The notes: a model not told the origin generated them from the sequence alone. 64,000 nt of DNA from Thermostichus sp. DRC_bins_24 (GCA_039794845.1 JAUQVK010000101.1:1225-65224); one strand, 5' to 3'; counted from the first letter of the stretch, positions 30,937 through 43,745 are shown. Program-made: numbers and translations.

Positions 30937-31082
30937 CTCCAGGGGCGCAGGGCCAGGACAAAACGGGGATCCGGACAGGAACGGCACAACATAAACACTA
31001 CGGGAAAGGGGACACAGTAGATCGACTTATGGGGACAAAGTCGAAGGAAATCCGGGTAGAGCGGGGGCTTGTCAGTAACGAT

Positions 31083-32549
<1,467 letters not shown>

Positions 32550-32668
32550 TCATTCTATTTGCAAACCGTTACAATTGCTCAGGCTGGCCGTGGTGGGGAA
32601 AAGAGCCGCGCATGTAGGATCGCTGAAGAACCCGTAGGGATCCCTAGCCGATTGCGAGAGCGAACCCG

Positions 32669-33256
32669 ATGAGCCTCACCACCCAGAAACTGTCTTTCGC
32701 CGAATACTTGACCTATACCGATGGCACCGACACTCGCTACGAACTGGTGGATGGAGAATTGTTGCCCATGAGCCTGGGAACGGGTCAGCATGGGGCGATC
32801 ATCCGCTACTTGGTGCGTCGTTGGGAGAATGCTGCTTTATCCGCCCGCCGCCCTTGGGTGGTTCTTCCGGGTTTGGTGGGCATTCGTTCTCCCAGAGGTC
32901 GTCGGTGGGACACCGTGCGTATCCCGGATGTAACGGTCATGGAACAGGGGCAATGGGAGGAAATGGCGGATCGAGAAGCAGTGATCGACTTCAATGAGCC
33001 TCCGCCACTGCTGCTGGCCGAGGTGGTCAGCCCTTCCACGCAACTGGAAGACTATCGCTCCAAGCGGGCAGAGTACGGCCTGTTGGAGGTGCCTGAGTAC
33101 TGGATTGTCGATCCGATAGCGGAGAAGGTAACGGTCTGTATCTTGGAGCATGGCTTTTACGACGCCACAGAATGGACTGGCTCCCAAGGGATCCCTTGTC
33201 AGGGCTTTCCTGAGCTGGTTCTGACGCCGGAGCAAATTCTGGCAGCCCAACTTTAA
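32669..33256 (+). CDS. Uma2-family (DUF820) PD-(D/E)xK endonuclease-like protein
   Basis: [22 protein letters not shown] and PEYWIVDP. Confidence 0.92.
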   Translation: MSLTTQKLSFAEYLTYTDGTDTRYELVDGELLPMSLGTGQHGAIIRYLVRRWENAALSARRPWVVLPGLVGIRSPRGRRWDTVRIPDVTVMEQGQWEEMADREAVIDFNEPPPLLLAEVVSPSTQLEDYRSKRAEYGLLEVPEYWIVDPIAEKVTVCILEHGFYDATEWTGSQGIPCQGFPELVLTPEQILAAQL

Positions 33257-33284
33257 GCCCGGTGCCTCAAGGGATCCCGCAACC

Positions 33285-33827
33285 CTAACGACGGAAACTA
33301 AGCTGCCCTGGCCGGCTTCGGCGACGCTTGCGCCAACGCTTCCAGCCCGAGATCATCCAATCGCTGAGGCTGTGGTTCATGGCTCCCAGCTCAAGCCCCA
33401 TGCCGATCCAAAACAGCAGCTCGCCATGCACCTGCAGCAGCTGCCAGAGATCACTGCGCCAAACCCAGGGTTGCCACATCCACCAGCCCCACAGGGATCC
33501 CAGCCAGGCCCACAGCAACCCAAATCCCCCGATCCACAGGCTTAGATACAACACCCGCACCCCTGTGCCCAAAATCGGCCCGTGGGACCAAAAGGAGCGA
33601 TGGCGCATCCATTTGCGGTAGGGCAGCCAAATCCAGCGCAAGAACAGCCAGCGTTGATATTGGCGAGAGCGGGTATCCAGATCCCCGGAAAACATCAGGC
33701 CACTGAACAAATAGGCGGATCCCACGGCCAAAGCAACGGTGGTGCTATTCCCCAACAACCCAGCGGCCAGCGTGATACTGGGGGCCGTCCAGAGGGTGAT
33801 GCGGTCATGGGTGGATCCCAGGGGCAT
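33285..33827 (-). CDS. DUF2227-family putative metal-binding membrane protein
   Basis: MP.G.THD.IT, GDLD..S, HRS.WSHGP and GA.NH..SD. Confidence 0.85.
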   Translation of the reverse strand: MPLGSTHDRITLWTAPSITLAAGLLGNSTTVALAVGSAYLFSGLMFSGDLDTRSRQYQRWLFLRWIWLPYRKWMRHRSFWSHGPILGTGVRVLYLSLWIGGFGLLWAWLGSLWGWWMWQPWVWRSDLWQLLQVHGELLFWIGMGLELGAMNHSLSDWMISGWKRWRKRRRSRPGQLSFRR

Positions 33828-33971
33828 AAACTCAAGCCGTGCAACTGCGGCTCAGTTTACCCGCTTGATCGGGATAAAGCTTGCCGGGGGGGATCCCTTT
33901 TCTCTTACACCCGTAAACCGGCACCGGCTACATTGAAATTCTCGGAAATTCTCGGGATCCCTGGCTTTGTT

Positions 33972-35843
33972 ATGACCATCCCTCTGATTCAAAACCGTGA
34001 CCTTCTGGAAAGCCGTCTCAAGGAGCTGCCCCTCGAGCCGGGCGTCTACTTGATGCGGGATGCCACAGATCAAATCCTCTACGTGGGCAAATCCAAGAAA
34101 TTGCGCTCAAGGGTGCGATCCTACTTTCGCTTCACCAGTGATCTGTCCCCTCGCATTCAGCGCATGGTGGTTCAGGTTTGTGAGATTGAGTTTATCGTCA
34201 CCGATAATGAAAGCGAGGCCCTAGCCCTAGAAGATAACCTGATTAAAACCCATCAGCCCCCCTATAACGTTCTCCTCAAAGACGACAAAAAATACCCCTA
34301 TTTGTGTATCACCTGGTCGAATACTTATCCTCACCTTTACATCACCCGCCATCGTCGTCTCAATCAAAACCAAGACAAATACTATGGCCCCTATACCGAT
34401 GTGGGGTTGCTGCGCTACACCCTCGGGTTGGTGAAGCGAATATTCCCCTTGCGGCAACGGCCCAAACCCCTCTACAAAGATCGTACCTGTTTGAACTACG
34501 ACATTGGGCGTTGTCCGGGCGTCTGTCAAGGCTTGATCACCCCAGAAGACTATCGCAAAACCTTGTCTCAGGTGGCGATGATCTTCCAGGGACAAACCGA
34601 TGAGCTGGTTAAAGATCTAAAAGGAAAAATGGCTCAAGCAGCCGTCCATGAAAATTATGAGGCAGCGGCACGATTTCGGGATCAAATTCGTGGCCTAGAA
34701 CAACTGGGTGAATCCCAAAAGGTTTCGTTGCCCAACTCCACCGTTAGCCGGGATGCTCTGGCCCTGGCCATGAACGACTCGCGAGCTTGTATTCAACTGT
34801 TTCAGGTGCGGGCGGGAAAATTGGTGGGAAGATTGGGATTTATTGCCGAAAACCAGGGGGATGACCCGGCCCTGATTTTGCAACGGGTGCTGCAAGAGCA
34901 TTACCAATACTGTGATCCTGTGGAGATCCCTTCTGAAATTTTGACCCAGTATGAATTGCCCGAAAGTGACTTTTTGGAGTCTTGGTTAAGCCAGAAAAAG
35001 GGGCGCAAGGTGAGCCTCATCACCCCACAACGGCAGAGCAAAGCTGAGCTGATCGAGTTGGTGGAGCGAAATGCGGAACTGGAGCTAACCCGTACCCAGC
35101 GCCTGGCGGATCGGGATGCGGCGGCGTTGGAGCGCTTGGCGGAGGTGTTGGATTTGCCCGAAGCCCCTCGCCGTTTGGAAGCCTACGATATTTCCCACAT
35201 TCAGGGATCCGATGCGGTGGGCAGTCAGGTGGTGTTTATCGATGGGCTGCCCGCCAAGCAACACTATCGCCGCTACAAAATTCGCAACCCTGAGGTGCGC
35301 TCCGGTCGTTCCGATGATTTTGCCAGCCATGCGGAAGTGGCCCGTCGTCGCTTTGGCAAAATGACCCCCCAGGATCAACCGGATCTGGTGCTGATCGATG
35401 GGGGCAAAGGTCAGCTGTCGGCGGTCATGGCCGTTTTGGCGGATTTGGGTTTGGATCATCTGCCGGTGATTGGCTTGGCCAAGCGAGAAGAAGAAATTTT
35501 CCTGCCCGGGGATCCGATGCCCATACGGTTGGATCCCCAAGATCCCGCTCGCCTGTTGTTGCAACGCCTGCGGGATGAAGCCCACCGCTTTGCCATCACC
35601 TTTCACCGTCAGCAGCGCAAGGTACGCCAACAGGCCTCTACCCTTGATGAGATCCCCGGGCTGGGCAAACATCGACAAAAGCTGCTGATGGAGGAGTTTC
35701 GGTCGATTGCTCGCATTCAAGTGGCCTCAGAAGAGCAGTTGGCCCAGGTGCCCGGCATTGGCCCGAAGATCGCCCGGCAGATCTACCTCTACTTTCACCC
35801 GGAAACCCAAGCCGAATCCCTGGGAACGATGCAAGCGGGGTAA
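33972..35843 (+). CDS. uvrC: Excinuclease ABC subunit C
   Basis: GIY-YIG motifs PGVYLM and YVGKSK.LRSRV.SYF, plus [23 protein letters not shown] and HhH. Start placed at ATG 33972. Confidence 0.97.
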   Translation: MTIPLIQNRDLLESRLKELPLEPGVYLMRDATDQILYVGKSKKLRSRVRSYFRFTSDLSPRIQRMVVQVCEIEFIVTDNESEALALEDNLIKTHQPPYNVLLKDDKKYPYLCITWSNTYPHLYITRHRRLNQNQDKYYGPYTDVGLLRYTLGLVKRIFPLRQRPKPLYKDRTCLNYDIGRCPGVCQGLITPEDYRKTLSQVAMIFQGQTDELVKDLKGKMAQAAVHENYEAAARFRDQIRGLEQLGESQKVSLPNSTVSRDALALAMNDSRACIQLFQVRAGKLVGRLGFIAENQGDDPALILQRVLQEHYQYCDPVEIPSEILTQYELPESDFLESWLSQKKGRKVSLITPQRQSKAELIELVERNAELELTRTQRLADRDAAALERLAEVLDLPEAPRRLEAYDISHIQGSDAVGSQVVFIDGLPAKQHYRRYKIRNPEVRSGRSDDFASHAEVARRRFGKMTPQDQPDLVLIDGGKGQLSAVMAVLADLGLDHLPVIGLAKREEEIFLPGDPMPIRLDPQDPARLLLQRLRDEAHRFAITFHRQQRKVRQQASTLDEIPGLGKHRQKLLMEEFRSIARIQVASEEQLAQVPGIGPKIARQIYLYFHPETQAESLGTMQAG

Positions 35844-35978
35844 TCAGGGGGAATCAGGGATAGGTACAGGGATCCCCGTCCAGTTTGGCCAGCGAGAATT
35901 CATCCTTTGCGCAATCTCCCTTCAGCCAATTGGCGGTTCCTGCGCATCTTTCCCCCCTCTTAAACTGAGAGGGGTTCA

Positions 35979-36257
35979 GTGAAGCAGTGGGTGGAACCTA
36001 TGAACATTCAGAGGGTGGACAGCCAAGCAGGGGCAACCCAGGGATCCGGTCTTCTGGGGGATCCCAGTCTATCTCCAGCTTGGGCACTGCAGCTCCCCGA
36101 CACACCCAGAACAGCCAAGAAGGGGCTAAATCGTCGGTTTGCCCTTCTCTGTTTGGCCGCCAACTTGATGGTGCCGCTATACTTACTCTGCCCCATTCCG
36201 CCGGGAGGGATCCTGAAGCACCTCTCTCCCTGGCCGACGACGACTTTTTCAGCTTGA
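35979..36257 (+). CDS. Hypothetical small protein with a possible TM segment
   Basis: A 92-aa ORF with a GAGG SD and the hydrophobic stretch FALLCLAANLMVPLYLL. No recognisable family. Confidence 0.35.
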   Translation: MKQWVEPMNIQRVDSQAGATQGSGLLGDPSLSPAWALQLPDTPRTAKKGLNRRFALLCLAANLMVPLYLLCPIPPGGILKHLSPWPTTTFSA

Positions 36258-36404
36258 ATTGGCAGCTTTGCGGGTGACTGAGGCAGTTCAACTGAAAAAC
36301 TTGTGAAATATGAACATTGCTTAGAGCGAGAATGATACATACTCTTATGAGGATCATGTTTCTTTCAACACTCTGTGCCGCCGACAGGAACACAGAGGAG
36401 CGCG

Positions 36405-39400
36405 ATGCCAACCGGGTTTGATGTGCTCCTAGAGAATGCCCCCATCGGAATCTTCCGGGTGGATCGGGAGGGCCGGTTCCTGTTGGCCAATCGCAAGCTG
36501 GCGGAGATTTACGGATATGCCTCCAGCGCCCACCTGCTGCGCCACCTGTCGGATTTTGGCCATCGGTTCTATCTGGATGCTGCCGGTCGTCGCCAATGGT
36601 TCCAGGATCTGCTTCGGGGCAAAGTTGGTGATGAGGGAGCCGTTCAAGAGTTTCTACTTTGCAATCACCGGTGCTTGGAGGTGTGGATACGAGAACAGGT
36701 GCAGGTGGGGCGAAATGCCGAAGGGGATCCCCTTTATTTTGAAGGATACGTGGAGGACATTACGGCCCAGAAGCAAACTGAGCAAGCCCTGGCTGACAGC
36801 CAAGAGCGCTACCAAAGCCTGATTTGGGCTATCCCAGAAGTGTTGGTCATCTTCAGTAAAGAAGGTCAATATTTGGAGTTGACCTATCCACCCGAACATG
36901 CCCACCTCACCTCGATTCCGCTGGAAGATTTCCAGGGTAAATCTGTGCGGGATCTGTTTACGCCAGAAGTTGCCGATTTGTTGCAAAGGCTGATCGCTCG
37001 CTGCTTGGCCACGGGATCCCGACAAACCCTGGAATACCCCGTCACCACCCCAAAAGGAGAACCCCGCCACCAGGAAATTCGCATGGTGCCCTACGGATCG
37101 GAGCGGGTTCTGGGCTTAATCCGAGATATTACCGAGCGCAAACAGATGGAATTGGCGCTGCTGGAAAGTCAACAGCGGTTTTGGGGCATTGTCGGATCCT
37201 GCAACCTGGGCATTTCTCTGGTTCCCCTCGAGACGGAGGCCAAGCCCCACGGCATGAACTCAGCCCTTGCAGAGATTTCAGGGTATTCCGCGGAGGAATG
37301 GAGAACTTTACCCCTAGAAAGTTACATCCCTGACCCGGCCGATGTGAAGACTCTGAAAACCTTTTGGCGGGAATTGGTCAGTGGGCAGCGCAGCCATTAC
37401 GAGCTCGAGCACCGCTGTACCCGTAAGGACGGCCAAACCATCTGGGTGAAGTTTCAGGTGTATGTGGTCAAGGATGATAACGAACAGCCTTTGTTCGCCG
37501 TTTCTTTTTTGGATGATATTAGCGATCGCAGGCACATCAAGTCTGCTCTTGAAGAAACCAAACATCAATTGGAAGGCATTTTTAACTTCTGTGGGCAGGG
37601 GATCGCGCTGATGAACTTTGCTCCCAATCCTCAATATCTGATTCTAAATCCGGCGATGATGGAGATTACGGGATACAGTGAAGAGGATTGGCTGAACCTG
37701 AAAATTGAGGATTACACCCCCTATCTTGAAGACCAAGAACGGGGGAAAATGCTTTGGGAAGAATTGATCTCCGGACATATCAACAACTATGAATACGAAA
37801 AAATCATTCGTCGTAAAGATGGCAAAGAGATCTGGGTACATTTGCAGCTCTTTGCTGTGCGATCTCAGCAGGGAGAGCCTTTATTTATCTTGTCTTTTAT
37901 GGAAGATATTTCCGAACGAAAAAAGGCTGAGGCTCATTTGCGAGAAAGTTTGGCCGACCTAGCCCGCAGTGAAGCACGTTACCGTGCTCTGTATGAAGCC
38001 ATTCCAGACATGCTTTTGCAAGTGGATCGACAGGGGCTGATCATGTCTTACAAGCCTCCGAGAGGGTTTACATCGGCCTATCCCCATGATTGTTATCTCA
38101 ATCAGTATGCTCGGGACCTTTTTCCTGAGTATTGGACAACCTATTTTTCTCCGATATTGGAAAAAGCCTTTCAAACCGGGCAAATTCAGGTAACAGAATA
38201 CCCCTTCCCCAAACCTTCTGCTGAAGAGCAACCGGAATATCGCGAGGCGCGTGTGCTGCCCTTTGGGCCGGATGATGCTATTGTTTTGGTGCGCGACATC
38301 ACCCTGCGGAAACGCCTGGAAGTGGCCCAACAGGTACGTGAGGCGGAATTGCAAGCCTTAGTGCAGAAACATACGCGACAACTGGAGCTCAGCCTAGAGT
38401 TTGAATCAATTCTGCGCCGCCTCACCCATCAAATGCGTGAGACCTTAGATGAAGGCACCATTTTACGGACGGTAGTGCGAGAGTTAGGAACCTTTCTGAA
38501 AGTCATCTTTTGCGATATCGGCCTTTACGACAGCCGCAGAACCTACTCCCAGATCAGCTACGAATACACGACGCTGCCTACTTCAGGAATTGGGGATTGG
38601 ATCCGCATGGAAGACTTCCCCTTCATCTATGAACAACTGTGGCGAGGCTGGTGTTTTCAGATATGCGATCGGGATCGCCCTAGGGATCCCAAACAGCCTC
38701 CCCCTTTCCTGACGAAGCTGGCCTGCCCGATTGCCGATGATCAGGGCATCATCGGCGATTTGTGGTTGGCGCGCTCCCCTTCTGAAAGTTTCAGCGAATG
38801 GGAGATTAACCTCGTGCAACAAATGGCGGCTCAGTGTGCCATTGCCATCCGCCAAGCGCGGCTGTACGTGAGGAGCCAAGCCCAAGTGGTGGAACTGAAA
38901 AAACTAAACCAGCTCAAGGATGATTTCCTGGCTGCTGTTTCCCATGAACTGCGAACTTCCCTCACCAACATTAGCCTTTCGATTCGCATGTTAAAACTCA
39001 GCGCCAGAGCCGCCCCTTTGGATTCCAAGCAAATTCATTACATCGAGGTTTTGGAGCAGGAATGTGAAAGAGAGGTTTCCCTAGTCAACGACTTGCTCGA
39101 GCTCCAAAAACTGGGCAATAGCACCCTCAACCCTCGTCAGGAGCGGCTGCATCTGCCCACGTTCTTAGCCCCCTTACTCGAGCAGTTTCGCCAACGCATG
39201 CAGGAACGCCAGCAAACGCTGCACATTCACTGGGGTCCCCGCCTACCTTTTGTACAAACGGATCCCCGCCTGTTGGAACGGGTGGTACACGAACTCCTCA
39301 CCAATGCCACCCAATTCACCCCGCCCCAGGAACACGTTCACCTAGAGGTCCTGGCTCTCGACCGTGCTCAGGTGCAGCTGCGCCTGACCAACACCGGCAT

Positions 39401-39599
39401 CGCCCTTCCCGCCGAGCAACAGGAGCAGATTTTCGAGCGGTTTTATCGCATTCCCCAATCGGATCGCTGTCAGCAGGGCGGGACGGGATTGGGGTTGGCC
39501 CTAGCCAGAGAAATTGCCACCCACTTGGGCGGATCCCTGCAGGTGGAGAGCGCCGACCACCAGACCACGTTCATCCTCAGCTTGGGCGGATCCCGTTGA
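36405..39599 (+). CDS. Cytoplasmic multi-PAS/GAF sensor histidine kinase
   Basis: Five PAS/PAC units (ending EDITAQK, RDITERK, DDISDRR, EDISERK, RDITLRK), a GAF domain (ACPI...IAIRQARLY), H-box SHELRT and G2 GGTGLGL. A GAGGAG SD precedes ATG 36405. Confidence 0.93.
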   Translation: MPTGFDVLLENAPIGIFRVDREGRFLLANRKLAEIYGYASSAHLLRHLSDFGHRFYLDAAGRRQWFQDLLRGKVGDEGAVQEFLLCNHRCLEVWIREQVQVGRNAEGDPLYFEGYVEDITAQKQTEQALADSQERYQSLIWAIPEVLVIFSKEGQYLELTYPPEHAHLTSIPLEDFQGKSVRDLFTPEVADLLQRLIARCLATGSRQTLEYPVTTPKGEPRHQEIRMVPYGSERVLGLIRDITERKQMELALLESQQRFWGIVGSCNLGISLVPLETEAKPHGMNSALAEISGYSAEEWRTLPLESYIPDPADVKTLKTFWRELVSGQRSHYELEHRCTRKDGQTIWVKFQVYVVKDDNEQPLFAVSFLDDISDRRHIKSALEETKHQLEGIFNFCGQGIALMNFAPNPQYLILNPAMMEITGYSEEDWLNLKIEDYTPYLEDQERGKMLWEELISGHINNYEYEKIIRRKDGKEIWVHLQLFAVRSQQGEPLFILSFMEDISERKKAEAHLRESLADLARSEARYRALYEAIPDMLLQVDRQGLIMSYKPPRGFTSAYPHDCYLNQYARDLFPEYWTTYFSPILEKAFQTGQIQVTEYPFPKPSAEEQPEYREARVLPFGPDDAIVLVRDITLRKRLEVAQQVREAELQALVQKHTRQLELSLEFESILRRLTHQMRETLDEGTILRTVVRELGTFLKVIFCDIGLYDSRRTYSQISYEYTTLPTSGIGDWIRMEDFPFIYEQLWRGWCFQICDRDRPRDPKQPPPFLTKLACPIADDQGIIGDLWLARSPSESFSEWEINLVQQMAAQCAIAIRQARLYVRSQAQVVELKKLNQLKDDFLAAVSHELRTSLTNISLSIRMLKLSARAAPLDSKQIHYIEVLEQECEREVSLVNDLLELQKLGNSTLNPRQERLHLPTFLAPLLEQFRQRMQERQQTLHIHWGPRLPFVQTDPRLLERVVHELLTNATQFTPPQEHVHLEVLALDRAQVQLRLTNTGIALPAEQQEQIFERFYRIPQSDRCQQGGTGLGLALAREIATHLGGSLQVESADHQTTFILSLGGSR

Positions 39600-39684
39600 C
39601 GATCCAGCCTGAGTCACTTATGGTGAAATCTACCATATTAGGAGCCGCCGTCCTGGCCGGGAGGGGCGGTGCTGAGGGGGCAGG

Positions 39685-41367
39685 GTGAAAGTAGCGCTGT
39701 TGCAACTGAACTATACCGTTGGCGACCTGAGCGGGAATGCGGAGCAGATCCGTCTGGCGGTAGAAGCGGTGGCCGCAGCGGGGGCCGAGTTGGCAGTCAC
39801 CTCCGAGCTGGCTCTGTTGGGGTACCCTCCCCGCGATCTGTTGCTCTACCCCGCCCTGGTTCAGAAAGCCGGCCAAGTGCTGGAGCATTTGGCAGGCCAG
39901 CTGGCCAAGAGTATTCCGGTGGTGGTGGGATCCGTGCAGCGCAACCCCTTTCCCACAGGTCGCCCCCTTTACAATGCCGCAGCCTGGCTGGAGCAAGGGC
40001 AGATTCGCCACTGGTTTCAGAAGTCGCTGCTGCCCACCTACGACGTGTTTGACGAAGATCGCTATTTCGAGCCGGGATCCCAGTCACAACCCATTCAGTA
40101 CCGCGGCTATCGCCTGGGGTTCACCATTTGTGAGGATGTTTGGAACGACCGCGATTTTTGGCAGCATCCCCGTTATCACAAGGATCCGGTCGAACTCATG
40201 GCCCAATCGGGTGCCGATCTGCTGATCAATCTTTCCGCCTCTCCCTTTAGCCTCGGCAAACAAAAGCTGCGGGTGGAGATGCTGGGATCCCTGGCCCGCA
40301 AGCACCATCTGCCCATCCTTTACGTGAATCAGGTGGGGGGCAATGACGATTTGATCTTCGACGGGGCCAGTTGTGCCCTGGATCCTTCCGGTCGAGTTTG
40401 GGCCCAAGCCGCCGCCTTTCACCCGGATCATCTCATTCTGGATGTAGCCGAGCTGACTCAGCCCCAGGGATCCCCGCAGGAGCAAGCAGCAGCACCCATC
40501 GGAGCCCGGTGGCCGGCGGAGCCGGAAGCAGAACTGTACGAGGCCTTGGTCTTGGGTACCCGTGACTACGTGGGCAAATGTGGCTTCCGGGAGGTGTTGT
40601 TGGGCCTATCCGGTGGGATTGACTCCGCCGTAACCGCGGTCATTGCTGCTGCCGCCTTGGGGCCAGAACGGGTTTTGGGGGTGCTCATGCCCTCTCCCTA
40701 TTCCAGCCCGGGCAGTTTAGCCGATGCCTACCAACTGGCCCAAAATTTGGGGATCCCCACCCTGAAGCTGCCCATTCAACCCGTTATGGACAGCTACCGT
40801 GACCTTTTGGCGGAACCCTTTGCAGGGCTGGCCCCGGACATCACGGAAGAGAACCTGCAGGCGCGCATCCGGGGCACCATCCTCATGGCCCTCTCCAACA
40901 AATTTCGGCGGCTGTTGCTGACCACGGGTAACAAATCGGAGCTGGCAGTGGGCTATTGCACCATCTACGGGGATATGTCCGGTGGGTTGGCAGTGATTTC
41001 CGATGTGCCCAAAACCTGGGTGTACCGGCTGGCCCATTGGATCAACCGTGATCAAGAGCGGATCCCGCTTTCCACCCTCACCAAACCCCCTTCAGCGGAG
41101 CTGCGGCCCGACCAGCAGGACAGCGATAGCTTGCCTGCTTACGATATTTTGGACAGCATTCTGCACCGGCACATCGAACAGCATCAATCTGGCCCCGAGC
41201 TGGTGGCGCAAGGGTTTGACCCCGAGACCGTACAGCGGGTGCTGCGGCTGGTACAACTGGCCGAGTTCAAACGGCACCAAGCTGCTCCCGGACTGCGCAT
41301 CACCGATCGTGCCTTCGGCACCGGCTGGCGCATGCCGATTGCCAAACGTCAGGAAGGGATCAACTGA
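39685..41367 (+). CDS. nadE: Glutamine-dependent NAD+ synthetase
   Basis: Nitrilase domain (GYPPRDL, ICEDVW) fused to SGGIDS, ENLQAR.RG, TGNKSE and PSAEL. Confidence 0.96.
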   Translation: MKVALLQLNYTVGDLSGNAEQIRLAVEAVAAAGAELAVTSELALLGYPPRDLLLYPALVQKAGQVLEHLAGQLAKSIPVVVGSVQRNPFPTGRPLYNAAAWLEQGQIRHWFQKSLLPTYDVFDEDRYFEPGSQSQPIQYRGYRLGFTICEDVWNDRDFWQHPRYHKDPVELMAQSGADLLINLSASPFSLGKQKLRVEMLGSLARKHHLPILYVNQVGGNDDLIFDGASCALDPSGRVWAQAAAFHPDHLILDVAELTQPQGSPQEQAAAPIGARWPAEPEAELYEALVLGTRDYVGKCGFREVLLGLSGGIDSAVTAVIAAAALGPERVLGVLMPSPYSSPGSLADAYQLAQNLGIPTLKLPIQPVMDSYRDLLAEPFAGLAPDITEENLQARIRGTILMALSNKFRRLLLTTGNKSELAVGYCTIYGDMSGGLAVISDVPKTWVYRLAHWINRDQERIPLSTLTKPPSAELRPDQQDSDSLPAYDILDSILHRHIEQHQSGPELVAQGFDPETVQRVLRLVQLAEFKRHQAAPGLRITDRAFGTGWRMPIAKRQEGIN

Positions 41368-41474
41368 GGGCTGCAACAGCAGGTGGGATCCCAGCTTTCT
41401 CCATCAGGGTGTCAATAGGCGTGATACAACTGCTAATCGAACCTGCTAACCAACACAGAGTTTGAGGAGGGGCA

Positions 41475-41693
41475 ATGGCGATCAAAAGGGGGACCCTGGT
41501 GCGGGCCATCCGTGAGAAACTGGAGGGCAGCTTGGAGGCCCAAGCCAGCGATTCCTTGATTCCCAACTACGTCTTCGAAACCGCCGGAGAGGTGGTAGAC
41601 ATAAAGGACGATTATTTGCAGATCAAGTTTGGGGTTGTTCCTACCCCCACGGTTTGGCTGCGGGCGGATCAGGTTCAGGAGATTGATGGTTGA
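41475..41693 (+). CDS. ndhO: NAD(P)H-quinone oxidoreductase subunit O
   Basis: MAIKRG.LVRA.REKL..SLEA.ASD...P.Y.FET.GE...VPTP.VWLR.DQ. Confidence 0.93.
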   Translation: MAIKRGTLVRAIREKLEGSLEAQASDSLIPNYVFETAGEVVDIKDDYLQIKFGVVPTPTVWLRADQVQEIDG

Positions 41694-41754
41694 ATGGGAG
41701 CATTCGATGCTCCACGTCTTCACGCCCCAGCATGGCGGGTTGGTCTGAGGAGGT

Positions 41755-42603
41755 TTGATGGTACCGCTGGCTCCTCCCACACGCGAACAACTGCTGCAGC
41801 GCAGGCGGCTTCTGCGCCAGCAACGGCGGAGTCGATTTTGGCAGGGATCCTGGCGTTTAACCAGTTCGGTGGCCGTCTTGACGATACTGGTGCTGGGTCT
41901 GCGGCAACCCTACTGGCAGATTCGTCAACCGGAACAAATTCAGATCAAGGGTGCTGACTGGGTGGATCCCGCTTGGGTAAGGGCCCGGTTGCCGTTGCAC
42001 TATCCCCTTGATATTTGGCAGGTGCAGCCGGCTGTTCTGGAAGGGGCGCTGCTGGGATCCCCGGCCCAACCCTCGCCCATTGAAAGTGTACAGGTGCAGC
42101 GGCGACTCCTCCCGGTGGGGGTGACTGTCCAGGTACGGGAACGACAGCCGATTGCGCGGGCACGACAGGGTAGCTTACTGGGGTTGGTGGATATCCAGGG
42201 CAACTGGCTGGCCCCCCATCCTTTTCGCACCCATAGCCCGGAGGGATCCGCCCGCGCTTGGCCCGAGTTGGAACTGCTGGGTTGGGAAAGCCACACCCCA
42301 GAACAATGGTCGCGTTTGCTCAAAACCTTGCAGCAGTCAGAGATCCAGATCGAGGCGGTGGATTGGCAGGCGGGAGAGGGGATCATGCTGCGCACCGAGC
42401 TGGGCCATGTCTATCTGGGGCCACTCTCGGAGCGATTGTCACTGCAAATTCAAACCCTAAACCAAATGCGGGATCTGCGCCGTTACTGTGAATGTACCCC
42501 CGACCAAATTGTCCACATCGATCTCACCAGTCCCACGGTTCCGACGTTGCAACTCACCCCCAGCGCCAGCCAAGCCCGTTGGAAAAATCTGGAGCTGCCC
42601 TAG
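41755..42603 (+). CDS. ftsQ: Cell division protein FtsQ/DivIB
   Basis: Basic N-terminus (RRRLLRQQRR), a TM helix, POTRA (V.RRLLP....V.V.ER.PIA), TELG.V.LG and IDL..P..P. Confidence 0.88.
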   Translation: MMVPLAPPTREQLLQRRRLLRQQRRSRFWQGSWRLTSSVAVLTILVLGLRQPYWQIRQPEQIQIKGADWVDPAWVRARLPLHYPLDIWQVQPAVLEGALLGSPAQPSPIESVQVQRRLLPVGVTVQVRERQPIARARQGSLLGLVDIQGNWLAPHPFRTHSPEGSARAWPELELLGWESHTPEQWSRLLKTLQQSEIQIEAVDWQAGEGIMLRTELGHVYLGPLSERLSLQIQTLNQMRDLRRYCECTPDQIVHIDLTSPTVPTLQLTPSASQARWKNLELP

Positions 42604-42610
42604 GGCTGCC

Positions 42611-43336
42611 ATGAACCCTGTGCTGGCGGTGGAAGTGAAGCAGTTGTGGGCCGCCTATCCCGGTTGCCCGCCGGTGCTGCAAGGGCTGGATCTACAGGTG
42701 CCAATGGGGGAACGACTGGGGATAATTGGGCCCAATGGGGTTGGCAAAACCACCCTCTTTCTCAGCCTCTGTGGCCTGTTGCCCATACACGCGGGCCAGG
42801 TGAGCCTGTTTGGGCAGCCCCTGCTGCCCGGCCAGTTTCGACCCGACGTAGGGTTGGTGTTTCAGGATCCCAACGACCAACTGTTTGCCGCAACTGTGGC
42901 CGAAGACGTGGCGTTTGGGTTGCGCAATCTGGGTTGTTCTGAAGCCGAGATTCCCGCTGCTGTTCACGAAGCGCTGCGCCTCACCGACACCCTGCATTTG
43001 GCGGATCGCCCCCCCCATCACCTCTCCGGCGGGGAAAAACGGATGGTGGCCATCGCCGGGATCCTGGCGATGCAGCCGCGGCTGGTTCTCTATGATGAGC
43101 CCACCGCCAACCTGGATCTGCGGGCTCGACGACGGCTGATCCAATTTGTGCAGCAGGCCCCCCACACTTTGCTGCTGGCCTCCCACGATCTGGAGCTGAT
43201 CCTGGAGGTGTGCAATCGGGTGATTTTGCTCGATCAAGGCCGGATTTGGGCACAGGGATCCCCGGCCCAGGTGATGAGCCAAACGGACCTCATGGAAGCC
43301 CATGGCCTGGAAGTGCCCCACTCGTTACGGCCCTGA
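42611..43336 (+). CDS. cbiO: ECF transporter ATPase (CbiO/NikO-like)
   Basis: GPNGVGKT, VFQDPNDQLF, HHLSGGEKR, DEPTANLD and ASHDL. Start at ATG 42611. Confidence 0.88.
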   Translation: MNPVLAVEVKQLWAAYPGCPPVLQGLDLQVPMGERLGIIGPNGVGKTTLFLSLCGLLPIHAGQVSLFGQPLLPGQFRPDVGLVFQDPNDQLFAATVAEDVAFGLRNLGCSEAEIPAAVHEALRLTDTLHLADRPPHHLSGGEKRMVAIAGILAMQPRLVLYDEPTANLDLRARRRLIQFVQQAPHTLLLASHDLELILEVCNRVILLDQGRIWAQGSPAQVMSQTDLMEAHGLEVPHSLRP

Positions 43337-43379
43337 GCTGGAAGCCGACATCGATCAAAAAATGTCAAGAATTATTCTT

Positions 43380-43460
43380 TGAATTAACAGCAATTTCGCC
43401 TCTCTTAATAAAAAGCTATCATGCTAATTAAAAATATTGATTTTTGTTCAGGATCAATTG
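43380..43460 (+). promoter_or_regulatory. AT-rich ccm operon control region with a possible LysR-type (RbcR/CbbR) box
   Basis: ATTAA-N5-TTGAT at 43427-43441 resembles an ATTAR-N5-YTAAT LysR palindrome with one mismatch. It lies in the 400-bp gap upstream of ccmK2. Confidence 0.35.
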
Positions 43461-43745
43461 GGGATATCATTTTGTTAAGTCGGAGAACCTTCCTCTGAGT
43501 CATCCTGGTCAATTTTGTATGATCGGTTTTGTACAAGTAAAGATGCAGGTTTTGCCTCAGGGTTGGCGGTTTTGCCCTCCTGAGTGGCGGTCGCGGTTAA
43601 GCCAAGATAGCCTGTTCATTGGGGTTTGGGCAGAAAATCCTCTCTGATGAGATTGCATAAGCGAACCCAATAAGCGAGATAAATTCGCCTCATTGCTTGG
43701 TTTTGTGACGTTCAGGAACTGAGTGCTCAAAGATGGAGAGTTGAT

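Noticed and set aside
32669..33256. Uma2 endonuclease as a defence system
   Set aside because: It is a single gene of a family that is highly expanded in cyanobacteria, with no methylase or other defence genes adjacent.
36302..36317. CRP-like site TGTGA-N6-AACAT upstream of the histidine kinase
   Set aside because: The second half-site is too degenerate to support.
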